NCBI GenBank assembly: GCA_038207085.1
Contig: JBBRAE010000003.1
Location: forward strand, 64,001-128,000
Length of the DNA: 64,000 nt
DNA from: Armatimonadota bacterium
GTDB taxonomy: Bacteria; Armatimonadota; UBA5829; DTLH01
Direction of reading: 5' to 3'
Of the stretch, positions 38,401 through 47,285 are shown in pieces. Both the position numbers and the translations under genes were made by a program. The notes below the pieces were generated by a model that saw only the letters and a program-made list of their open reading frames with translations, searched no databases and was not told the DNA's origin. How positions within the stretch are numbered: position 1 is the stretch's first letter; each line of letters begins with the position of its first letter.

Positions 38401-41400
38401 ATCTTGTCCTTGACTTCCTGTGCCGACATTCCTGTCGAAAGCAGAAGAGCTGCGGCTCCCGCAACGTGCGGTGTCGCGATGGAGGTGCCCTGGATGGCTG
38501 CGTAGTCGTCTACGCCGTTTGCCCACCGTGTGCTCCATATCTGCGAGTCGGAATTATCGACAACGTCTATGTCCTCTCCACCCGGAGCGGCGATATCAAT
38601 CTCCGGCCCGTAGTTGGAGTAGAACGCAAGGTTCTCCTTCTGATTGACGGCAGCGACCGCAATACAGTCATCAAATGCCGCAGGGAAGCTGACCTGTGCG
38701 ATACCGTCGTTTCCGGCGGCCGCCACGAGGATTATACCCGCAAGGGAGAGCTCGTGGAGCTTTTCGCGCAACTCAGGGGAGCCAACTGCCCCGCCGATGC
38801 TCATGTTAACAACGTGAGCGCCTTGGGTCTTGGCGTATTCGAGCCCATCGATGATAGCCGAAGTGGGCATACCTTCACTGTCGTCAGGTTCTACCTTGAC
38901 CGGCAGAATCTTGACCCCGTCCCAACATACACCGACCACACCGAGCCCATTGTTACCCTGCGCGGCGATAATGCCAGCTACTTGGGTGCCGTGGCCGGAA
39001 AGCCCGGGAGACGGATCATCATCTCCGTCAGCTGCGTCCCATCCAGGAAGCAGCCTCCCCTGAAGGTCAGGATGAGTAGGACTTACACCGCTGTCGAGAA
39101 CTGCAACGATAACGCTTGGCTGGCCTTTCTCAAACTCCCAGACCTTGTCAGCGTTGATCATTCTAAGGCTCCAGAGTTTGTCCCAATGCGTGTCGTTCGG
39201 CTCCGCCTGCTCGTATGCCAGGTAGTCCGGAGTAGCATTCTTTACGACGGCAATGTTCCTTGATGCGTTCACCACATCCGCCACTGTCTTACCTGTGCCT
39301 ACCTTTACAAGGTAGCTGTTGGCGAGCTTCAGCGGTCGGATCAGCGTAACGCCGAGGGCGTTCAGCGCCTGATTGCGATAGGTTACCGCGTCCGTCCCGG
39401 CAGGAGGAGTCTTCAGGTGAACGATTGCCCTGCCACTCGCGTAAGCAGGTTTGCCGTTCGCCAGCGTCTGGTCAAGTGCGTTCACACCAAGGGCAGAAAG
39501 CGTTGCCGACTGCACCTCAACGCTTGCCGGAGCAGCAACAGTGCCGTAACCCTTGAGCTGGGTCTGGAAGATATACTGGCAGCCGTCGCTGTAGGTTTTA
39601 TCACTCGGGTTAGCCTTGACCATGTCATGGCCGCTGTCCCACTTAATGCTCTTGCCGTCTTCCTGGATCTCACCGACGTATACACTAACATAATTCGGCG
39701 CAACATCCCGAAGACTGAAGTAGTTCACGCCAAACTTCCAAAGCGTGGCGCTGTTGGTCGTACCGTCAGTCGACTCAACCTTGCCGTCGCGCAGTCGCGG
39801 TTTGGGGTTGTTGGTCGCGGTCGGGCCTTCAATCCAAATGCCCGTTGCCGGGAACTTGGTAATTTCACCTTCAATGCGATCGTTGGGGTCACTCTGGCGT
39901 CCCCAGTCATCGACAAACTCGAACTTGTGCCTGCGCACTCCGTGAGCCATCGTGGCGGCATCGAGAGACGCAGAGTCAAAGACATACCAGCAGCCGTCAG
40001 TATAGTCGATGTCTCTAGGATCTTCTTTGACCATATCGGCCTTGATGATCCCTGGCCCGTAACCGTAATCGGCCGTGGTGCCGGTGTCGAGGTATACAGA
40101 CGCCCGATAAGGACGCTGTCCCTGCGGATCAGTGGCAGAGGTGATCTTAGTATTCGCGTCACCCGAGATAAGTTCGGAGGGTCCGTCGATGTCCTTGTAG
40201 TTGATTCTGAACACGAACTTCTGACCGGGAGTGCCAGTCGTAGGATTCACGGTAGCGTCAGAAAGCACTACGGGGTTGTTGACATACGGCCCCGGGACGT
40301 AGTTGTTGTCCATTCCACTAAGAACGGAGAGGTCTGAGCCCGGATAATAGCCCGGCACATCCCAGTCGTTGAGATCGAAAGTCCCATATACCCAGTCATC
40401 GGGACGAGCGGGAAATATAGCCGTAGCAACACCGTCGTTAGCCAGGAAGAAGTAGGTGTGCGGGCCAGCCCCGATCTCCCTACCGGAAAGGCTGACGAGA
40501 TATTCCACGCCCGACTCGTAGTTGTAAGGCGGTGCCTGATACCTGCCGTCGTTCGTGTACTGGGCGGGTTTCATGGAATAGCTGACAAAGTCGCCATTCT
40601 CCGGGTTCAGCTGCTTGGTTGAATCGATCAGTTTGACCGGTTTGTTATTGATAAGCAGGCGTATCTCACGCGGCGGCTTGTTGTCTCGCTGATAATACTT
40701 GATACGGAAGTTGAGCGTGGTTCCAAGGGTAGCACCGGACGACTCCATGCGAAGCGACCAGTTACGGAAACCGGTGGGGTCCCAAGGTGTAGACACGCAC
40801 GGATTTACAGCACGTCGATATGGCTTGAGGGTGCCCACAAATCCATCGATCCCAGTATCCTTAGCATGACCAAAACCTTCCAGGGCAATAGTGACCTCAG
40901 GATGCTCGGTAGACGGGTAAGGGTAAGGGAACGGGTAATGAGCATACAAACCGTCGGTAGGCTCGAACCGCCCCGGCACCTTGTTGACACGATCCACCCA
41001 CAACTGCCAGTCTCTTGGTTCACTAAACTCATCTCCCCAAGTACTGTAAGTGCGGCCGGCTTTGTGCGCCATAAACGGATTGCCGTTGTCATCGACCAGA
41101 TATCTCGAATACCCCTCAGGGATCGGAACATTATCCCCTGTCCATGCCACATTGGAAGGATCGCCCTGGATTGGGGTGCTTGGGTCTATCGGGGTTCCCG
41201 ATCTCTGCCCGAAATCAAAACCCCAGAGGTCCTTGCCCAACCCATTGTAGAAAAAGAGTTGTTCCTTATCCCAGAAATACAGATGATCATCTGAGCAGGA
41301 AAAGTAGTAATGGTAATTCCCCATCAACAGGGACATATATTCGTTGGTCCACTGGGGTGTGGGAGGAAACACGCCAGCGGTGCCGGTAAGGACTCCCCAC

Positions 41401-42473
41401 CTGCCCGTTGGCTGCAACCTGTACAGGTAGTTGACGCCGCCAGCAAACGAGGTCGGTGTTCCACCGTCTTCAGGCTTCATAAAGTGTGGCTTGTAGCCAC
41501 GGTTTCTCAGTTCCGGAAACGGATAGAGCTCGTCGAGAGGGTCAAATATGTTCATATAGTCCAGATACAGGACCACGCCCGTGGGCGTTGCATACTGGCT
41601 GAACTCGTCCATCCAGAGATAGTCGTCCCAAAGCCACGGACTCGGAGGAAGGTCTGACGAATTGTAGTAGCGCACACGAAAGTCGAAGGTGGTGCTGGAT
41701 GCGCCATTGTCAGGTGTGGTCGGATTGACCTGCACAACCGGCGACGGAGCAACCGGCGTTATCGGGTCCGGACCGCTGAATTGACTGGGCCACGATTGCC
41801 CATTGTAACACTCAAGCCGGTCCGCACCATCTGTCGCCGCGTCCCAAGGGGTACCCCAGTCAACGACGTCGTCGCTTGGATCGTTGGGATCGCCCGCGGG
41901 GTTTGAGCTATAGGTAGGCATCGACGGAACAACCGTGACGGTGACATCTTGCCTGATGTCCGGCTGACCGGGCACACCTATCACCAGCGTGACAATGGCA
42001 CCCCCCGGCTTCAGCGCGCGCGCATACCACATTCCGTTACCGAAAGGATCTCTCAGGAGCAGTGGATTGCCAAGATCAGGCGGAACAGTGCTCGCGTCCT
42101 CTCCGTCCTGCAGACGCTGCTTGCTGCACTGATGATTCTTGTTAGACAGGTTGAGGCCGCGGCTCACAGCAACCCGGTAAACTCTCTGTGTGCCGTCGCT
42201 TTCCCCGACAGACAGATAAGTGCTGTTCTGAGCGCCAGACCAGTCAGACTGGTACATAATAAATGGCGTACCAAGTCCCAATATCTTGACGTACGTAGGT
42301 TGCGGTTCAGTCGAGGTGACTTTGACGGTAACCTTGATGTTCCATATCGAGTTAGTGGTCTGCTTCGAGCTTCCAAACTCGATGGTGCCGCTGGCGCCAA
42401 AAGCCGGCACGACGACAAATGCCATAAGCACCAGCATCACCGCTAAGGTGACTCGCCTGCATACTCCTGTCAT
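35481..42473 (-). CDS. Giant secreted Ig-repeat protein with an embedded S8 subtilase
   Basis: Signal peptide; 7 repeats F.F.V.Y.D...P...G.H.Y.F.A.DG; triad VAVLDSG / HGTQVAG / GTSIATPHVAG; C-terminal LVAGWNMIGSPY domain. Confidence 0.88.
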   Translation of the reverse strand: MTGVCRRVTLAVMLVLMAFVVVPAFGASGTIEFGSSKQTTNSIWNIKVTVKVTSTEPQPTYVKILGLGTPFIMYQSDWSGAQNSTYLSVGESDGTQRVYRVAVSRGLNLSNKNHQCSKQRLQDGEDASTVPPDLGNPLLLRDPFGNGMWYARALKPGGAIVTLVIGVPGQPDIRQDVTVTVVPSMPTYSSNPAGDPNDPSDDVVDWGTPWDAATDGADRLECYNGQSWPSQFSGPDPITPVAPSPVVQVNPTTPDNGASSTTFDFRVRYYNSSDLPPSPWLWDDYLWMDEFSQYATPTGVVLYLDYMNIFDPLDELYPFPELRNRGYKPHFMKPEDGGTPTSFAGGVNYLYRLQPTGRWGVLTGTAGVFPPTPQWTNEYMSLLMGNYHYYFSCSDDHLYFWDKEQLFFYNGLGKDLWGFDFGQRSGTPIDPSTPIQGDPSNVAWTGDNVPIPEGYSRYLVDDNGNPFMAHKAGRTYSTWGDEFSEPRDWQLWVDRVNKVPGRFEPTDGLYAHYPFPYPYPSTEHPEVTIALEGFGHAKDTGIDGFVGTLKPYRRAVNPCVSTPWDPTGFRNWSLRMESSGATLGTTLNFRIKYYQRDNKPPREIRLLINNKPVKLIDSTKQLNPENGDFVSYSMKPAQYTNDGRYQAPPYNYESGVEYLVSLSGREIGAGPHTYFFLANDGVATAIFPARPDDWVYGTFDLNDWDVPGYYPGSDLSVLSGMDNNYVPGPYVNNPVVLSDATVNPTTGTPGQKFVFRINYKDIDGPSELISGDANTKITSATDPQGQRPYRASVYLDTGTTADYGYGPGIIKADMVKEDPRDIDYTDGCWYVFDSASLDAATMAHGVRRHKFEFVDDWGRQSDPNDRIEGEITKFPATGIWIEGPTATNNPKPRLRDGKVESTDGTTNSATLWKFGVNYFSLRDVAPNYVSVYVGEIQEDGKSIKWDSGHDMVKANPSDKTYSDGCQYIFQTQLKGYGTVAAPASVEVQSATLSALGVNALDQTLANGKPAYASGRAIVHLKTPPAGTDAVTYRNQALNALGVTLIRPLKLANSYLVKVGTGKTVADVVNASRNIAVVKNATPDYLAYEQAEPNDTHWDKLWSLRMINADKVWEFEKGQPSVIVAVLDSGVSPTHPDLQGRLLPGWDAADGDDDPSPGLSGHGTQVAGIIAAQGNNGLGVVGVCWDGVKILPVKVEPDDSEGMPTSAIIDGLEYAKTQGAHVVNMSIGGAVGSPELREKLHELSLAGIILVAAAGNDGIAQVSFPAAFDDCIAVAAVNQKENLAFYSNYGPEIDIAAPGGEDIDVVDNSDSQIWSTRWANGVDDYAAIQGTSIATPHVAGAAALLLSTGMSAQEVKDKMLWGARVPKSGNLVPVAYGHGILDVERALTATEPQGPDTDTYDPGTYVYSFVATDGANMATYVPADEPNIEKRSESAGCMMQDPLIPTDPLLPQVYHSSKFPIVGTLAKEPVRTGALIDPIVYRWPKGDEANAEIVSRIDDYVCTGNYYLPTVVYRVDEVDPAFQPSISGVLGVYLNEDLSGTNYFLAEDGTPGGYQPGYDYSLGIYDVIILQRELPYGAGRVYIKYRHGDAYEGDYTLDRWTGTFSFVRVQDPEDVFLTDYFFTSRSLMDSAGQGTIGPIGLNTAPTLTSPGLTPLTGDSEDEFIYTVTYKDTDGPNGQAPFYVRVIIDGFPYDMNAINQGTPSYRAGVTYEYKTKDLTSGSHNYYFEASDGYTMVVADSNVATAAIEPIKGPWVNDPPILENGLLEPDVLGAISVYDSVTYKVTYKDPDNDAPYAGTPKVFVDNSAETEKTGTVESLIPDPIDMGKYRGIRVASGNFTAGQFAGKLMQITSGVLNGRIYLISNNTTNTLSIMTDDLSADGLAVGSTFTVGSVKMFKLDASQQNYVAGVTYSVTVPQLGLGSHQFHFKAASTLTSPDWLTPAPVMSEWVRYPLSGEQFGPTVSVESDPQNPNHEPVLHGVNPIVEPTLGSAAGPFQFNVKYSDVDGDSPGYHNRLLGYIRVVFNNGAFSADMLPANNGSYITGRMFTVSASNLSLPAGTYTFHFEASDGRIESSVRWPELLPGESTTSVNDPEITIQGSSGGDTTAGDRRVVATIDKNEPDISTPVIDMLSSPIIPGDGSAVTMWGATRVGLMRINIWDPAAQMYRTYGAAGFPTMLPGMAMWIQPQSSYPAEGIDQSDPPTPVSTGDVLDFSKLYRLLKPTGDLYSQNADCAIDLVAGWNMIGSPYQQSTSLASATVTRLGVTKTFAQASASGSDKWIAGYVWMWDAAAGAANPANGYKLVQPGTARTTIDPWRGHWIKVYKDCTLVLSAP

Positions 42474-42608
42474 AGATTCTTACCTTCCTTCCAGCATATC
42501 CTCTTGTCCAATGGACAAAATAGCCGGGGCAAAGATCATCGAGAGAAATGACCCCGACACGGTTAACTCTCTACCCTGGCAGCCAGCAGATATGTTTGTA
42601 ATGGGGTT

Positions 42609-42636
42609 CGCCTGGCGCTGGTTTGTGCGCCAGGCG
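42609..42636. other. Intercistronic GC-rich hairpin
   Basis: cgcctggcgc / gcgccaggcg perfect 10-bp stem, no U-tract. Confidence 0.5.
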
Positions 42637-42652
42637 TAACAAGGAACCGTCG

Positions 42653-44356
42653 CTACGGCACTGCCGGAGCAAGCGGACGGAATGCGTTGATTTCACTATA
42701 GATATAGCGCTGGTTCGGCCTACCGGTTGGTGGCACAGGACCAGGGCTATCACCCGCCGCCCGTGCTCCTACTCTCCAGTAGACGAGTTGGGTGTTGGGA
42801 ATGTTTCTGAACAGCCCGTAAAGCGTTTCGTTGACGGTATAACTCACGGTCTGACCCGCAGGGGACGGCCTCGCGGTTATAGTACTACTCACGAACTCAG
42901 GACTGCTAAAGATGGGGTTGGTCGAAACCTCAACCACATACGTGTCAGCCCCAAGCTGCGAGAGCCACTGGAAGGTGATCCTGTGCAGGTTCTGTGAACT
43001 ATCGGCAACAGGAACGGTCAGGTTCGCAAGCGGACTCCTCGGCAGAGGAGTAGCCACACCCACGGCAGGCTTCTTCACGGTACTGCGACCTTCGTAGGTG
43101 ATTCCGCCAGTGGTGTCTGTCGTGCCGGTGCCCGTGCCTCCACTGTTATCCTGGCCCACTGCAACCTGATATGTAGCCGACACATAGTACTGGTGCGCCA
43201 CACCCGGAGTTGCGCCGGTGTCGAGGTAGAAAAGCTGCCCAAAGCCGGGAAGAACCGTTGCAATCGGAGCGGTGGCGTTGTCGCGCCAAACCGAGTAGTT
43301 GGTCACGTTGAGCCCCTTGCCAAGCGTCCCGGGGTCCCAGGAGACCTTGACAGATGCAGTTCCATCAGCAGCCACCGCCGGCTCAGCGGTCACGTCGCCT
43401 ACGTCCTCACCATTGCTGCGCCAAAGCTGCGCGGCGATAGCCACAACACCCAAGGCGACAAGCAGGTTCTTGAACCTTGTCTTGCCCCTGACCTTGTTAT
43501 TGTTCGTAGGAGCAGCGCCGCTGGCGAGGGTGACTTTTTCGCCCCTGTCAACGGTCGGCATGTCGAACACTGCCCGGGCCCTGTCCTCAGGACGTATGCC
43601 ACGGGTCTGCTTGGTGATCGCAGCAGTAGAAACAAACGCGTCTACACGAGTAGTAATAAGCTCACCAATGATCTCACGATCTCGGGTGACGACCATTCTC
43701 ATACCGGAGCGGATACCGTCGCGCGCCCCCTTGTTCAGGAGAACTTCGTTGGTTCCCGTAGTATTCTGAACGGTCGCTTCGGGAATAACGTAGTCGATCA
43801 TCGTCTTGACGGCAAGATACGCCGCGTTGTCGATGGCCTGCGCGATAAGCATGTCGTCGTCGGCATTGTCGCCGACTCTGGAGTGGCTATAGCCGCTCTG
43901 AACGGCGCCGTTGATGAGCTCGCCCGAGGACTGGTCGATCATTCGGATGTAGACCGTCACCGATGCACGCCTTGCGCCCTTGTCGCCGCGCACTTCGACG
44001 GACTTGATCGTACCTTCGATCATAGCCTCAGCCGCCAGCGCTTCGCCAAGCCGACTCAACTCAACAGCCGAAAGAGGAGGCCTGATGCCAAGCTCCTTCA
44101 TCTGTGACTCAATCTGGGCACGGGTGATCACGTCAAAGCGATTTGACTTGCTAAGCTCGATCACAACCGCATCGGTTGTGGATCTTGCCAGCAGATTCCC
44201 CTGCACGCCTGAGTCGTTGCGGAACTCGACTACACCCACCTGCATGGGTGTCAGTCCCTGCGCCTGTACCGGCTGCGGACACAGCTGCAGCACGAGGCCG
44301 AGAATCATAATGCAGGCCATAACTTGGTACAGCCTTCTGTATCTTTTCAGGTTCAA
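42653..44356 (-). CDS. CsgG/FlgT-like protein with internal hydrophobic segment and C-terminal FN3-like domains
   Basis: VGVVEFRN, RFDVITR, LGEALAAEAMIEGTI, RMIDQSSGE; EVLLNKGARDGIRSG; SD AGGAGG before TTG. Confidence 0.78.
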   Translation of the reverse strand: MNLKRYRRLYQVMACIMILGLVLQLCPQPVQAQGLTPMQVGVVEFRNDSGVQGNLLARSTTDAVVIELSKSNRFDVITRAQIESQMKELGIRPPLSAVELSRLGEALAAEAMIEGTIKSVEVRGDKGARRASVTVYIRMIDQSSGELINGAVQSGYSHSRVGDNADDDMLIAQAIDNAAYLAVKTMIDYVIPEATVQNTTGTNEVLLNKGARDGIRSGMRMVVTRDREIIGELITTRVDAFVSTAAITKQTRGIRPEDRARAVFDMPTVDRGEKVTLASGAAPTNNNKVRGKTRFKNLLVALGVVAIAAQLWRSNGEDVGDVTAEPAVAADGTASVKVSWDPGTLGKGLNVTNYSVWRDNATAPIATVLPGFGQLFYLDTGATPGVAHQYYVSATYQVAVGQDNSGGTGTGTTDTTGGITYEGRSTVKKPAVGVATPLPRSPLANLTVPVADSSQNLHRITFQWLSQLGADTYVVEVSTNPIFSSPEFVSSTITARPSPAGQTVSYTVNETLYGLFRNIPNTQLVYWRVGARAAGDSPGPVPPTGRPNQRYIYSEINAFRPLAPAVP

Positions 44357-44552
44357 CGAAACTTCCTCCTAAGGTCGACTAAAGTTGAAACCGCGTTGTC
44401 TCTTTGGAGCTAATTTTGGGGCGGCGAATTATGCCTTCCGAACACCGGTGGCGCTTGCGCCGCGATAGACCATTAAGGGACGGCGCGCATAGCGCCGTCG
44501 ACATGAATACTGGCGTACCAGTCACAAACCCACTCAGAGATTCATTGGCTTC

Positions 44553-44582
44553 AATATAGCACAACTGCTGAGTTTAACGCAA
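44553..44582 (-). promoter_or_regulatory. Sigma70 promoter of the envelope locus
   Basis: TTGCGT-18-TATATT with extended TG; about 190-nt leader. Confidence 0.55.
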
Positions 44583-44607
44583 GTAATTCCGACGCCTGGT
44601 TCACGCT

Positions 44608-45231
44608 CTACGGACGGTCCGCACTGCCGCATCTGCCACCAATCGACCTCCACATCCGCTCGACCTGCGCTCGCGTATCCGAAAGGCTCGTATCGGTGTG
44701 GATTATCCAGTCCGCGACTCTCACTTTCTCAGAGATCGGAAGCTGGGCGGCTAGGCGCTGACGCGACTCCTCCGCAGAGTATCCTCTTGTTGTCAGACGA
44801 TTCAACTGCTCATCTTGTTCCGCTGCAACCACAACAACATTGTCAACGAGCCAAGAAATATCTAGTTCTACCAAAAGCGGGATCTCAACCGCTAGCACAT
44901 CAGGGCCATCGGCACTGCTTCGAAACTGGGCGATGCGTCTCTCTATCTCAGCGATAATCCGGGGATGGGTGATGGAATTGAGCTTTTCAAGCGCTTTTGG
45001 GTCGCCGAAAACGATCCCGGCCAGCCTCGAACGGTCGAGGCTGCCGTCGGGCGTGACCAAATCCCCTCCAAACCCGCGCGCGACCTCCACGAAACCCTCA
45101 CTGCCCGGCGCGAGCACCTCCCGGGCGATCTCGTCGGCAGAGAATGTCAAAGCCCCGAGCTCGCGCAGCATTTCCGTAACGGTCGATTTTCCGGTGGCGA
45201 TTCCACCGGTTATTCCAAGCACCTTAGCCAT
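44608..45231 (-). CDS. coaE: Dephospho-CoA kinase
   Basis: GITGGIATGKSTV, LNSITHP, EIPLLVE. Confidence 0.95.
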   Translation of the reverse strand: MAKVLGITGGIATGKSTVTEMLRELGALTFSADEIAREVLAPGSEGFVEVARGFGGDLVTPDGSLDRSRLAGIVFGDPKALEKLNSITHPRIIAEIERRIAQFRSSADGPDVLAVEIPLLVELDISWLVDNVVVVAAEQDEQLNRLTTRGYSAEESRQRLAAQLPISEKVRVADWIIHTDTSLSDTRAQVERMWRSIGGRCGSADRP

Positions 45232-45298
45232 ATCACTACCATAACAGGATACCGCAAATCGCACTGACCGGCAAGCTGCAATTACTGCCATTACGTAC

Positions 45299-45337
45299 AA
45301 AAAGCCGGGGACCACGAACACGTCGCGATCCCCGGCT
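45299..45337 (-). terminator. rpsA intrinsic terminator
   Basis: agccgggga / tccccggct stem followed by TTTT on the minus strand. Confidence 0.65.
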
Positions 45338-45384
45338 CTACAACCTCACATGACGGCGCAGAGCGCTATCACAGAGTGCTATCT

Positions 45385-47052
45385 CTAGTCTTCTTTGGGC
45401 TCCTCAACGGGAGTCTCCTCTGCTGCGGGAGCTTCTTCAGCCTCTGCAACAGGGGTTTCTTCAACTTCAGCAACCGGAGCTTCCTCAACCTCGGCAACAG
45501 GAGCTTCTTCAGCTTCTGCGACAGGGGCTTCCGCTGCTACAGTCTCAGTCTCAGCTTCGACTACGGGCTCAGCCTCCGCCTCGGTTTCGGCAACTGCTTC
45601 AGCCTCAACCTCAACGACAGCTTCCGCTTCAATTTCCACATCGGCGAACATCGGCTCGTCGATCGGAATTTCCATTTCCTCCATATCCTCGGAGATGTCC
45701 TCAGCCTCTCGAATCTTTCGTTTCTTCTGACTCTTCTGGCTCTTCTGCTCGAACATATCTCCTACGAGGTCGCCGATAGTTGTCTTCGGCTCTTCGCGGT
45801 TGTAGGAACCGTAGTTCATCGGCTCACGGCGCTCTGTCTGCTCGCGAACCGGCTGCGGCTGCAGCGCTCGGAGGGACAGGGTCATTCGGCGCTCCTCAGG
45901 GCGCATATCGATAACCTTGATCTCCACCTCTTCGCCGACGGTGACGACGTCCTCAGGCTTGCTTACACGGCGAACCGCAAGCTCGGAGTTCGGGATGATA
46001 CCTTCGATCCCGCCCTCGACCTGAACAAACGCGCCAAACGGCACGAGTCTGGTGACGTTGCCCTTGATGACATCGCCAACCTTGTATCTCGCAGCGATCT
46101 CCTGCCACGGATCGGGGAGAATCTGCCTGAGGCCAAGGGAAACCTTGCCCGCGGTCAGGTCCATCTTGAGGACCATAACCTGGATCTTGTCTCCGACCTT
46201 GACGGCCTCGCTCGGATGCTTGATCCGGGTCCAGCTCATCTCGCTGATGTGCAGAAGTCCGTCGATTCCACCGAGGTCGACAAATGCGCCGTAGTCGGTG
46301 ATCCTGCGGACGACGCCGCCCCTGATCTGACCCTCCTCAAGGGTAGCAATGGTCAGTGTGCGCTGCTTCTCGCGATCCTCTTCAACAGCTAGTCTGTTGG
46401 AAAGAACCACCTTGCGGCGCTCGCGGTCTACTTCGATGACCTTAAGAGCAAGCGACTGCCCGACATACTTGTCGAGGTTCTTGATCTTGCCGCTGCCAAC
46501 ATGTGAGGCAGGAACGAACCCGCGGATGCCGAGGTCGACTACAAGCCCACCCTTGACGCGGTCGGACACCATAGCCGTAACGACCTTGCCATCCTTGTGG
46601 CACTGCTCAACGCGAGTCCACGCCTGCTCGAAGTCTGCCCGCTTTTTGGAGAGAATAAGGGCTCCGTCCCCATCTTCCGGCTGCATGACGTAAACGTCAA
46701 TACTTTCGCCGACAGATACGATGTCTTCCGGGTCCAGGCTGGAGTCCCGGCTAAGCTCGTGCGGCCTGATAAGTCCTTCGGACTTGGTGCCGACATCAAC
46801 GAGCACACCTTCCTTATCTATGTGAACAACAACCCCTTTTACGACATCGCCCTCAGTAAGTGACCTGAAGGTCCTGCCGTAGTCCACCGCTGATTGCTTT
46901 GCGAATTCAGCGGCAGCAGTGGCTGCCGATTCTGCTGCAGGCGCGGCCTGCTCGGCTGCTTCATCTCCGGCGTCTTCTCTGGCCTGGAAAGGTGTTCCTG
47001 ACCACTCCGCGTGCTCGGTCGCGTTCTCGTTATCCTTCGTCTCGTCCCACAT
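45385..47052 (-). CDS. rpsA: 30S ribosomal protein S1 (four S1 domains, acidic repeat tail)
   Basis: VDVGTKSEG, VKGGLVVD..RGFVPAS, YGAFVDLGGIDGLLHISE. Confidence 0.95.
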   Translation of the reverse strand: MWDETKDNENATEHAEWSGTPFQAREDAGDEAAEQAAPAAESAATAAAEFAKQSAVDYGRTFRSLTEGDVVKGVVVHIDKEGVLVDVGTKSEGLIRPHELSRDSSLDPEDIVSVGESIDVYVMQPEDGDGALILSKKRADFEQAWTRVEQCHKDGKVVTAMVSDRVKGGLVVDLGIRGFVPASHVGSGKIKNLDKYVGQSLALKVIEVDRERRKVVLSNRLAVEEDREKQRTLTIATLEEGQIRGGVVRRITDYGAFVDLGGIDGLLHISEMSWTRIKHPSEAVKVGDKIQVMVLKMDLTAGKVSLGLRQILPDPWQEIAARYKVGDVIKGNVTRLVPFGAFVQVEGGIEGIIPNSELAVRRVSKPEDVVTVGEEVEIKVIDMRPEERRMTLSLRALQPQPVREQTERREPMNYGSYNREEPKTTIGDLVGDMFEQKSQKSQKKRKIREAEDISEDMEEMEIPIDEPMFADVEIEAEAVVEVEAEAVAETEAEAEPVVEAETETVAAEAPVAEAEEAPVAEVEEAPVAEVEETPVAEAEEAPAAEETPVEEPKED

Positions 47053-47285
47053 CGATGTATGGCACTCCTCTCGTGGAAGCGGGCCGTGGCCGCCACGCCT
47101 ATCGGCTCATTTAGCTTCCGTAATAATTGTCATCCGCGAACCACCAGGAACTCGCGTCAAACATTGCCAGCCGACCACATACTGCCTGGTCAAGTCGGCC
47201 TAAGCCCAGGCACTGCCCGGACGTGCATATCCCAAAACGGTTTTGCACTAACCTTACGATATGATAGTCTCTCCGCAAGCTTACG

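Noticed and set aside
38112..40337. 383-aa and 306-aa + strand ORFs
   Set aside because: Antisense to the giant S8 protein; no independent SD or domain signal.
42474..42652. c-di-GMP riboswitch ahead of the giant gene
   Set aside because: Only gcacaaacc-like similarity; the GNRA/receptor stems were not found.
45376..46392. 338-aa + strand ORF with Phe/Ser repeats
   Set aside because: Mirror of the rpsA acidic repeats.
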